IMG/VR virus record: IMGVR_UViG_2778261537_000013
Strand: one strand, 5' to 3'
DNA length: 33,509 nucleotides
DNA from: a virus
Taxonomy: Duplodnaviria > Heunggongvirae > Uroviricota > Caudoviricetes
Part shown: one piece after another, positions 18,477 to 25,747 of the stretch
Numbering within the stretch: position 1 is the stretch's first letter
Layout of the letters: the number at the start of each line of letters is the position of its first letter
Position numbers and translations under genes: made by a program
The notes under the pieces: model-generated
Database searches by the model: none
What the model saw: only the letters and a program-made list of their open reading frames with translations
Told to the model about the DNA's origin: nothing

Positions 18477-19529
18477 TTAGCTGTCGGCGAACTTCAGGCC
18501 AGTGACCATCGCGCACTTGCCATAGTCTTCAACGACATAAGCGTCATTGATGGACTGGTAGGTGGCGATGCGGTTGTATTCCGGCTCGTCTTTCATCAGG
18601 CGACGCATTGAACCTTTCTGCCAGTAAATCGACAGGTTGTTGAACGAGGTGATCAGCATCGTTGAATCCGGGAAGAACGGCGCAAGGAACACGCCCAGCC
18701 CGCCAATGGTGCGCGATGACAGAATGAGCTGCCCGGCGAGTAATTCCGCATTCGGATTCTGGCCGCTGATGCTGTTCAGCACGGGCAGACGCAGCGAGTT
18801 AAACAGGTTGCGCCCCATAATCACCACGAGGTCGTCAGCTTCCTTGTGCCATTCATCCAGCAGGGATGAGCGCGCGTCCTGTACCAGTGCATCAGCGTTC
18901 GCATACTTACCCGCGTGCGCCACGGTGTTGTCCATGTTACGGGAGGTCAGCGTCACGTCATTCATAACGCGTTCGCTGGCGTCGGTTCTGATGTGCTCCA
19001 GCCACCCCACGTTAACGTCCTGAAGCAGCTTGTTGGTGCTGAAGTTGGACTCATCCGCGTGAGACGTGCCGTTGAAACCGATCATGATGCGGTCAAGTGC
19101 CACCTGTCGGGCAATCTGTGCGCTGATGCGGGACTGAAAATCAGGGTGTGCCGCCCAGGCATCAAGCTGCGGATATGAAATAAACGTGTCGTAGTTCACC
19201 TGTTCGCACTGGTATTTGCGGTTTTTCAGATCAACCACGTTATTCGGGTTACGGCGTTTTGTGCCGTCATAACTGGTATTCGTGCGCGCAATCGGCCCGG
19301 TGGTATCCGGGAGGATTTTTTCGCCTTTCTGGTCGGTCACGCCGATCACGTTAATTCTTTTTGTAAATTCGGTGCTTTCCTTTGAGGCGTTTTCAAAACG
19401 CTGCTGTACCGAGGGTTCCACGGTAAATCGCGATACCAGTGCGGAAACCGGGATATTGTTAAGCGACGCCTGCTGCGCCATATAGCAGCCCAGCTTGTTG
19501 CGGGTAATATCTGACATCACCAGATTCAT
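18477..19529 (-). CDS. N: Major capsid protein gpN
   Basis: 350 aa; P2 N is 357 aa and sits in the same position between O and M. Confidence 0.9.
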   Translation of the reverse strand: MNLVMSDITRNKLGCYMAQQASLNNIPVSALVSRFTVEPSVQQRFENASKESTEFTKRINVIGVTDQKGEKILPDTTGPIARTNTSYDGTKRRNPNNVVDLKNRKYQCEQVNYDTFISYPQLDAWAAHPDFQSRISAQIARQVALDRIMIGFNGTSHADESNFSTNKLLQDVNVGWLEHIRTDASERVMNDVTLTSRNMDNTVAHAGKYANADALVQDARSSLLDEWHKEADDLVVIMGRNLFNSLRLPVLNSISGQNPNAELLAGQLILSSRTIGGLGVFLAPFFPDSTMLITSFNNLSIYWQKGSMRRLMKDEPEYNRIATYQSINDAYVVEDYGKCAMVTGLKFADS

Positions 19530-19552
19530 AAAAAATTTGCTCCTTTGTCTTA

Positions 19553-20389
19553 TCAGAAGTCAGCCAGCTGGTCGGAGGCTGCGCCCGTTGCGGTGAACCG
19601 GTTCTGCGGATCGCCGTCCTGCGTGCGCAGTTTTTCCTTCAGTGCTGCCAGCTCTGTGGTCAGTGACGTGATTTTCTGGCGGTCCTGCTGATGGCGGGTT
19701 TCCAGCACATTAAAACGGTCGATAATGTCGGCCTGTGACGTTGCGACGCCTTCCACCGCTTCCTGAATACGGGAAAAACTGGCGTCATCCGCTTTGCGGC
19801 CACGGCTAATAATCCCCATTACGCGGTTAAACCACTGGGTGCCTTCTTCCTGGCGTTGTTCTGCCATTTCGATGATTTCAGACTCGATGGCTTCGGAGAT
19901 AAGCGGCGCTTCACCCTGGACACTGTTGAACGTCATCACCGCCTGACGTTGCTGTGCCGTGAATTTCAGGCGCTCAGTGCCCAGGCTTGCCGGGGTGTCG
20001 GTCATCGCCAGCCCGACCAGATAGGCGCGCCCGTTAACGGAGAACTGCGGGTGCAGTTCGATACTGGAATAGATTTTCTTGCCGTCCGCGACAAGCTGCT
20101 TCATGCGCTCGGTCGGTTCGATTTCTGCATACAGCGCAGTACGTCCGGCCAGCGGACCTTCCGTAATGTCTTCCGTACTCAGTGCGGTGACATCGCCCAT
20201 TGCGGAAAATTCGCTTGACGGGCATGGCGAGAGATAGTGCTCAACGTTCACGCGGGCAGCGTAAACATCCGGGTTGAAGTTCTCGGCGGCTTCACGCAGA
20301 TGCACCGGACTGATTTCACGGCCATCAACAGTTGATCCGGAGACAGCCACGCGAAACTTTTTGCGGGATGTCTTTTTTTCATTAGCCAT
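19553..20389 (-). CDS. O: Capsid scaffold protein gpO
   Basis: Start chosen at MANEKKTSRKKFRVAVSG; P2 O-like (YLVGLAMTDTPASLGTE). The ORF-track frame is open to 20422. Divergent from P. Confidence 0.88.
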   Translation of the reverse strand: MANEKKTSRKKFRVAVSGSTVDGREISPVHLREAAENFNPDVYAARVNVEHYLSPCPSSEFSAMGDVTALSTEDITEGPLAGRTALYAEIEPTERMKQLVADGKKIYSSIELHPQFSVNGRAYLVGLAMTDTPASLGTERLKFTAQQRQAVMTFNSVQGEAPLISEAIESEIIEMAEQRQEEGTQWFNRVMGIISRGRKADDASFSRIQEAVEGVATSQADIIDRFNVLETRHQQDRQKITSLTTELAALKEKLRTQDGDPQNRFTATGAASDQLADF

Positions 20390-20543
20390 AGTTTTTGCCC
20401 CTCTGACTGGTTCTTCAGTCATGATGGCAAAGCGTAACAGGCTGATACAAAGGGCTTTTGTTGTAAGAAAACGGCCAGAACAGGGGGTTAAGGAGAACAG
20501 TTTCGCGCGCGGGTAATCTTCCTGTAATTACTCAGGGGGAGCA

Positions 20544-22295
20544 ATGATTCAGGACGCTTTTGTGCGCCAGCGTGCGCGGCAACTTTACTGGCAGGGTTAT
20601 CCGCCCGCAGAAATATCACGTCTGATGGGAATAAACCCGAACACGATTTATGCGTGGAAAAAACGCGACCAGTGGGATGAAACACCACCCGTGCAGCGTG
20701 TCACGCAGTCCATCGATGCGCGCCTCATCCAGCTTACTGAAAAACAGAATAAAACAGGCGGTGACTTTAAGGAAATAGACCTGCTGACCCGGCAGCTTAA
20801 AAAGCTGCATGATGGCCAGCCGGATGTGATGGCCGCAGGAAAGAAAGGCCGGGCGAAAAAACTCAAAAATCATTTCACGCCGGAACAGATTTCCGCACTG
20901 CGGGAAAAAATCATCAGCAGGCTGGAGTGGCATCAGCGGGGCTGGTTTGACTCCCTGACCCTTTGCAGGGAAGCCGGGATACGTAACAGGATGATCCTGA
21001 AATCCCGACAGATTGGGGCGACCTGGTATTTTGCACAGGAAGCTCTGCTGATGGCGCTGCGTGACGATGTGGCGCAACCTTACCAGCGTAACCAGATTTT
21101 TTTGTCTGCGTCGCGTCGTCAGGCGTTCCAGTTTAAAAGCATTATTCAGAAGGCCGCGGCTGAAGTTGATGTGGAGCTGAAAGGGGGCGATAAAATCATC
21201 CTCTCCAACGGCGCAGAGCTGCATTTTCTCGGCACTTCTGCTGCGTCGGCACAGTCCTATACGGGCAATTTTTATTTTGATGAATTTTTCTGGGTCAGTC
21301 GCTTTGCTGAACTGCGCAAGGTGGCTGGCGCTATGGCAACCCTCAGCGGACTGCGGCGCACCTACTTCTCCACGCCATCCACCGAAACGCACGAGGCATA
21401 CGCCTACTGGAACGGCGACCGCTGGAACGAGAAAAAGGCCTCGCATAAACGCCAGCGTTTTTCTGTGGACTGGAAAACGCTGCATAACGGGCTTATCTGC
21501 CCTGACCGGACGTGGCGGCAAATTGTCACGCTGGAAGATGTGGTTAATCACGGCTGGAAACACACCGATATTGATGAAATTCGTGATGAAAACACCGAAG
21601 ACGAGTTCCTCAATCTCTATATGTGTGAGTTTGTCCGCGAAGGGGAATCGGCATTTAACCTGAATATCCTGATTGGCTGCGGTGTTGACGGATACGACGA
21701 CTGGAAAGACTGGAAACCTTTTGCTCCCCGCCCGATGGGGAATCGTCCGGTATGGATTGGGTATGACGCAAACGGCAGCAGTGGCAACGGCGACAGCGGC
21801 GCTGTGTCCGTGGTGGTTCCTCCGGCTGTTCCTGGTGGCCGTTTTCGAACGGTGGAGACGCGACGCGTTCAGGGGCTGGAGTTTGAAGAACAGGCCAGAG
21901 TCATTGAAGAGTTCACGTATCGCTACAACGTGGAACACATCGGCATTGATGTGACGGGCGGGAACGGGGAGGCTGTTTATCAGATAGTGAAACGGTTTTT
22001 CCCTGCTGCTATTCCGTACACCTTCACGCTGTCATCAAAACGGTCGCTGGTACTGAAAATGCTGCAAATAATGCGCGCCGGGCGGTGGGAATACGATCGC
22101 GCCGAACGCGAGCTGGTCGCGGCCTTTAACGCCGTGCGTAAGGTGAAAACACCGGGCGGCTTTATCACTTACGAAACGGACCGCGCGAGGGGGATCAGCC
22201 ACGGCGACCTTGCGTGGGCAACCATGCTTGCTGTCATTAACGAACCGATTGGCGGCGAAGGAGAAAACGAGCGTTTCACGGTTATGGAGTTCTGA
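20544..22295 (+). CDS. P: Terminase ATPase (large) subunit gpP
   Basis: 583 aa; P2 P-like size and position, divergent from O. Confidence 0.9.
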   Translation: MIQDAFVRQRARQLYWQGYPPAEISRLMGINPNTIYAWKKRDQWDETPPVQRVTQSIDARLIQLTEKQNKTGGDFKEIDLLTRQLKKLHDGQPDVMAAGKKGRAKKLKNHFTPEQISALREKIISRLEWHQRGWFDSLTLCREAGIRNRMILKSRQIGATWYFAQEALLMALRDDVAQPYQRNQIFLSASRRQAFQFKSIIQKAAAEVDVELKGGDKIILSNGAELHFLGTSAASAQSYTGNFYFDEFFWVSRFAELRKVAGAMATLSGLRRTYFSTPSTETHEAYAYWNGDRWNEKKASHKRQRFSVDWKTLHNGLICPDRTWRQIVTLEDVVNHGWKHTDIDEIRDENTEDEFLNLYMCEFVREGESAFNLNILIGCGVDGYDDWKDWKPFAPRPMGNRPVWIGYDANGSSGNGDSGAVSVVVPPAVPGGRFRTVETRRVQGLEFEEQARVIEEFTYRYNVEHIGIDVTGGNGEAVYQIVKRFFPAAIPYTFTLSSKRSLVLKMLQIMRAGRWEYDRAERELVAAFNAVRKVKTPGGFITYETDRARGISHGDLAWATMLAVINEPIGGEGENERFTVMEF

Positions 22296-23341
22296 TGAGC
22301 AGAAAAAATAAAAAAGTGCGCATGAGTTCACGCATTGATCTCGCTGATGCGCTCAGGAAAGAATCGTCGCTCAGTGCATTCACATTTGATGGGCCTTATC
22401 GCCTGACCGGGCATGACCTGCTGGATAATATGTACTGTGCTGATAACGGGCGGTGGTATGAAACCCCGGTGGACTGGTACGGTCTGGCAAGAGCTGCCCG
22501 GCAAACGTCCTGGCATCAGTCTGCGCTTTACTTTAAGCGCAATGTATTACTCGGTTGCTACATCCCGCACCCGCTGCTTTCCCGGCAGGATTTCTCGGCG
22601 CTGGCGCTGGACTGGTTTGTGTTCGGTAACGCATTCCTTGAGCTTCGAAGCAATATGCTCGGCGAACCGCTTAAATTACGGCACGCCCTGGCGAAATACA
22701 TGCGACGCGGAAGCGATCTTGAATCATGGTGGTATGTGCAGGATGGCCAGGGCGCGTTCCAGTTTCGCCCTGGCAAAGTGTGCCACCTGATGAATCCGGA
22801 TATTAACCAGGAAATCTACGGCATGCCGGAATATCTCGGCGCATTACTCTCGGCCAGCCTGTCTCATTCGGCGGACATGTTCAGAAAACTGTATTACGAC
22901 AACGGATCCCACGCCGGGTGCATCATCTACATCGGTGCAGCGCAGGTAAACCGCGAAAGCATGGACTCCCTGAAAGAAACGCTACAGGGGGCACGTGGTG
23001 GTGGTGCGTTTAAAAACGTGCTCATTCATGCGCCCAACGGGGGCAAAGAGGGGGTGCAAATTTTGCCGTTCCAGCAGATCACCGCAAAGGATGAGTTCAT
23101 GAATGTTAAGGCGGCATCCCGTGATGATGTGCTGGCTGCGCACCGTGTCCCGCCGCAACTGATGGGGGCGATGCCGGGTGAAAAAAGTGCGTTTGGTGAT
23201 GTGGAGAAGGCCGCGCGGGTTTACGCAATTAACGAGCTGATGCCCGTCATGGAGGCCATGAAGCACATCAATGACTGGCTTGGCGAAGAGGTGATCCGCT
23301 TTAACCCTTATGCACTGCTGGACACCCAGCCCACATCCTGA
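22295..23341 (+). CDS. Q: Portal protein gpQ
   Basis: 348 aa directly after P with an overlapping stop/start; P2 Q-like. Confidence 0.9.
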   Translation: MSRKNKKVRMSSRIDLADALRKESSLSAFTFDGPYRLTGHDLLDNMYCADNGRWYETPVDWYGLARAARQTSWHQSALYFKRNVLLGCYIPHPLLSRQDFSALALDWFVFGNAFLELRSNMLGEPLKLRHALAKYMRRGSDLESWWYVQDGQGAFQFRPGKVCHLMNPDINQEIYGMPEYLGALLSASLSHSADMFRKLYYDNGSHAGCIIYIGAAQVNRESMDSLKETLQGARGGGAFKNVLIHAPNGGKEGVQILPFQQITAKDEFMNVKAASRDDVLAAHRVPPQLMGAMPGEKSAFGDVEKAARVYAINELMPVMEAMKHINDWLGEEVIRFNPYALLDTQPTS

Positions 23342-23366
23342 CGCGCTTCGCTTGTCTGCTGCTTCG

Positions 23367-23393
23367 CCGGGGCATAAAAAATTTATGCCCCGG
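23367..23393. other. Strong stem-loop downstream of Q (12-bp stem, no clear U-tract)
   Basis: ccggggcataaa / tttatgccccgg with a 3-nt loop. Could be a transcript 3' end structure or part of the cos-proximal region. Confidence 0.45.
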
Positions 23394-23764
23394 CTCTCCA
23401 GCTCCTGTATCAGTCAGATAATTTCACGACGCTTTCCTGCTTATTGCCATCATCGACGGTCAGACTCTTACGCAATCCCACCGCGTTAACTGCATGTTCT
23501 CGCCGCCTCAGTGCGATTTTGACGGCCTTACCTTTCACCCCATCAAATCAAAAGCCCTCACGTCTTTTTCACGCTCAGCGTGAGAAATACAGCCATTCTG
23601 TTGTGTTGCTGCGACATCGTTCAGGGGATGCTATTTACCCCCTGAAACGCGGGCTGTTCCCCCGTCACCTGCGCGCAGAAAAAACGCGTTTTTTTGTGCA
23701 CGCACGGATCCTTGACGGATCCAGCCGCCATGCGGGCCGGAAGGGTAAAAAGTCGTTCAAAAAA

Positions 23765-23791
23765 ATTGTGCAAATTTGTGCACTATTGTGC
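23765..23791. repeat. Three helically phased TTGTGCA repeats (10-bp spacing)
   Basis: TTGTGCA occurs at 23765, 23775 and 23785 in the noncoding region between Q and the accessory genes. Confidence 0.5.
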
Positions 23792-23825
23792 ATTGAAATA
23801 AATGCCCTGGAGGAGGGCGTTTTAC

Positions 23826-24233
23826 TTATCTTTTATAGCCTTGCCCCTTCCTGGCCAGCGCCCTGATGGCCGGGCGTGCCAACACCATATTTTGGCAATG
23901 ATGAATTGCCCGGCAAAATTCATCTCTACCCATTGGATGCTCAACTGGCAATGTTAAATACAGGTTCCATGCGTCGCCTAAAAGTTGGGCTATCTTTTGT
24001 TCTTCAGATGTCAGCAAGCAAGCGGTATCCGTAAAATAATCATACTTTTCATGTATGTTATTTAACGGTTTTGTCTGTAGTGCAGCCTGAGCTATACGGT
24101 ATGCCTGAAGCATACGGGCGTCGTTGATATCCATTCCGAACGGAATTTCTGATGATTGTGACTCTGCATCTTCAAGCCTGGCAATTTCTTTACGTAAGAA
24201 GTATTTCAACTCTTGTTTCTGTTTCCTGTTCAT
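23826..24233 (-). CDS. Hypothetical protein (135 aa), AT-rich accessory gene beside the cos-proximal region
   Basis: Intact ORF with charged N-terminal half; no family recognised. Downstream of parR, separated from it by a hairpin. Confidence 0.5.
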   Translation of the reverse strand: MNRKQKQELKYFLRKEIARLEDAESQSSEIPFGMDINDARMLQAYRIAQAALQTKPLNNIHEKYDYFTDTACLLTSEEQKIAQLLGDAWNLYLTLPVEHPMGRDEFCRAIHHCQNMVLARPAIRALARKGQGYKR

Positions 24234-24303
24234 GCTTTTTTTCCTTTTTCTCTGTCAATGTGTTGCATTGTGTCCCCCTTGTTTATGTTCCCGGATTAAA
24301 GTC

Positions 24304-24325
24304 ATCAGGGCGGATGCGCCCTGAT
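24304..24325 (-). terminator. Candidate terminator hairpin after parR
   Basis: 9-bp stem atcagggcg / cgccctgat with a 4-nt loop, immediately 3' of the parR stop on the minus strand. The U-tract is weak. Confidence 0.4.
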
Positions 24326-24331
24326 GTTGTG

Positions 24332-24640
24332 TTATTCGGGAAATAACGCCCGGATATTCCCGGCCATCTGGCTGGTTATCTGTGTGGTTGGTACTGGTTG
24401 TGGCGCGTTCTGTTCTACTCTGTTTTGTACCACGGCCAACTCATCGTCAGCCCATGCAGCCAGTCGGTAAGCCTCTGCCGGATTCATTTTCAGAAGTGCC
24501 AGCCCGGCCAGAAAAGCCACGCGTTGGCCGCTTTTGCGGGCTTCTGGTGTAAGGCTGTCCAGCCAGGCGCATGCTTCGCCTTCGTTCTTGACGGCGGCGG
24601 GCTTCAGATAGAAACTTATCCGTCTGGTTGGTGTCGTCAT
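24332..24640 (-). CDS. parR: ParR-like partition adaptor (centromere-binding protein)
   Basis: 102 aa from ATG 24640 (preceded by AAGGAG, 5 nt after the parM stop). RRISFYLKPAAV...LDSLTPEARKSGQRVAFLAGLAL...NIRALFPE parallels recalled plasmid R1 ParR (RRTIAFKLNPDV...LDSIP.GERS...ALTAGLAL...LRSLFP). Confidence 0.65.
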   Translation of the reverse strand: MTTPTRRISFYLKPAAVKNEGEACAWLDSLTPEARKSGQRVAFLAGLALLKMNPAEAYRLAAWADDELAVVQNRVEQNAPQPVPTTQITSQMAGNIRALFPE

Positions 24641-24644
24641 TGGT

Positions 24645-25604
24645 TTACTCCTTGTCCATTGCGTACAGCCCATTAACCAGAGCAAACTGTGGCACCCCGT
24701 CCGCGATGAAAGTCGCATTAACTCCGCAGGCTTCGCGGATAGCGGGTGCCACAATCTCCGCCCCTCCACCGACAACCATCACCCGCCCGTAACCCGAAAA
24801 AACCGCCAGCGCGCGGATCACGCGTTGTTTCAGTGTTTCTTCCTTTTCACGAATAACCGCCATCAGGCTGGCGTAATGCGCGTCATTGTGGATGTGCTGG
24901 CGCAGCCAGGCTTCATCATGGCGATGTTCGATAATGGTATTGGCGATGTGGTGACTGGTGCGCATACCGTTAGTGGCCATCACCGACAGTACGGCATCGG
25001 CCATCAGAGAAACGCCTACGTGTGGATCGCAAAACACCTGGCTGATACCTGCCAGTTGCCCCTGAACCTTTGCCACATCCAGCGTGGTTCCGCCCAAATC
25101 CACAATCAGCAGGGATTCAAACGGACTCATGTCAGCCAGTGCCTTAAAGCCAGCCGGAATGGATTCAGGCATAACCCGCACGTTACGGATAGTGAATGCT
25201 TCGCCGTTCTGGTACTCCACCGGGCGCATAACGTTCGCTTTTTTGCGGTTGATGTTGGCCATGTCCGGCTGTGCGTTTGTGTCGAAATACTCGCTCAGTG
25301 GCAGGGTGACAACCACATCCACCTCCTGTGGCGTGATGCCTGATTTGACCAGCGCGTGATGAATGGCAATGACATTCACATCGCTGTATTGGTATTGCGT
25401 GTCGGTTGTCTGGACAAAGCGATCGCTGACCGGATCAAAACCATAGCGCACGCCATCAAGCATGTAGTTCGCGGGCTGCATGCCACCGAACGGCGCAGAC
25501 CATTCCGACTTGAAGCTGTTCGGGCTGATGGCGTTGCGGCGTTCGCCGTTCTCAGTCCATGCCAGCTTGATGTTGGTGGAGCCGTCGTCGATACAAATTT
25601 TCAT
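24645..25604 (-). CDS. parM: ParM/StbA-family actin-like segregation ATPase
   Basis: 319 aa with ParM hallmark motifs in order: MKICIDDGSTNIKLAW, SPNSF, YSDVNVIAIHHAL, VMPESIPAG, LIVDLGGTTLD, GVSL, VMVVGGGAEI, LVNGLY. Confidence 0.85.
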   Translation of the reverse strand: MKICIDDGSTNIKLAWTENGERRNAISPNSFKSEWSAPFGGMQPANYMLDGVRYGFDPVSDRFVQTTDTQYQYSDVNVIAIHHALVKSGITPQEVDVVVTLPLSEYFDTNAQPDMANINRKKANVMRPVEYQNGEAFTIRNVRVMPESIPAGFKALADMSPFESLLIVDLGGTTLDVAKVQGQLAGISQVFCDPHVGVSLMADAVLSVMATNGMRTSHHIANTIIEHRHDEAWLRQHIHNDAHYASLMAVIREKEETLKQRVIRALAVFSGYGRVMVVGGGAEIVAPAIREACGVNATFIADGVPQFALVNGLYAMDKE

Positions 25605-25636
25605 GTCGCTTTTCCTTATGTTGATTAATTAATCGG

Positions 25637-25747
25637 TTACGGGATTCTGAAATCCCGTTTTTGTCTGTTTTGTGCGCGCTTCATATATCACTGCGCGTTT
25701 TTTGCTCATTTACGGGATTCGTGAGTCCCGTTTCTGTCTGTTTTTTG
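25637..25747. repeat. Two ~38-bp direct repeats, each with a GGGATT/AATCCC-type dyad, upstream of parM (candidate parC-like site)
   Basis: ttacgggattctgaaatcccgtttttgtctgttttgtg (25637..25674) and ttacgggattcgtgagtcccgtttctgtctgttttttg (25710..25747), roughly 33 of 38 identical. The second copy lies inside the 3' end of the A reading frame. Confidence 0.5.

Noticed and set aside
20616-21938. 440-aa minus-strand ORF antisense to the terminase large subunit gene P
   Set aside because: Lies entirely inside a well-supported, conserved-looking plus-strand gene; the protein is arginine/proline-rich with no recognisable motifs, typical of an antisense frame in GC-rich DNA.
23444-23866. 140-aa plus-strand ORF in the cos-proximal region
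   Set aside because: Composition is Arg/Leu/Ser-rich; no start context; the region is expected to be noncoding by synteny with P2.
25637-25747. CRISPR-like array
   Set aside because: Only two repeat copies, 73 bp apart, with no cas genes; better explained as a protein-binding or parC-like site.
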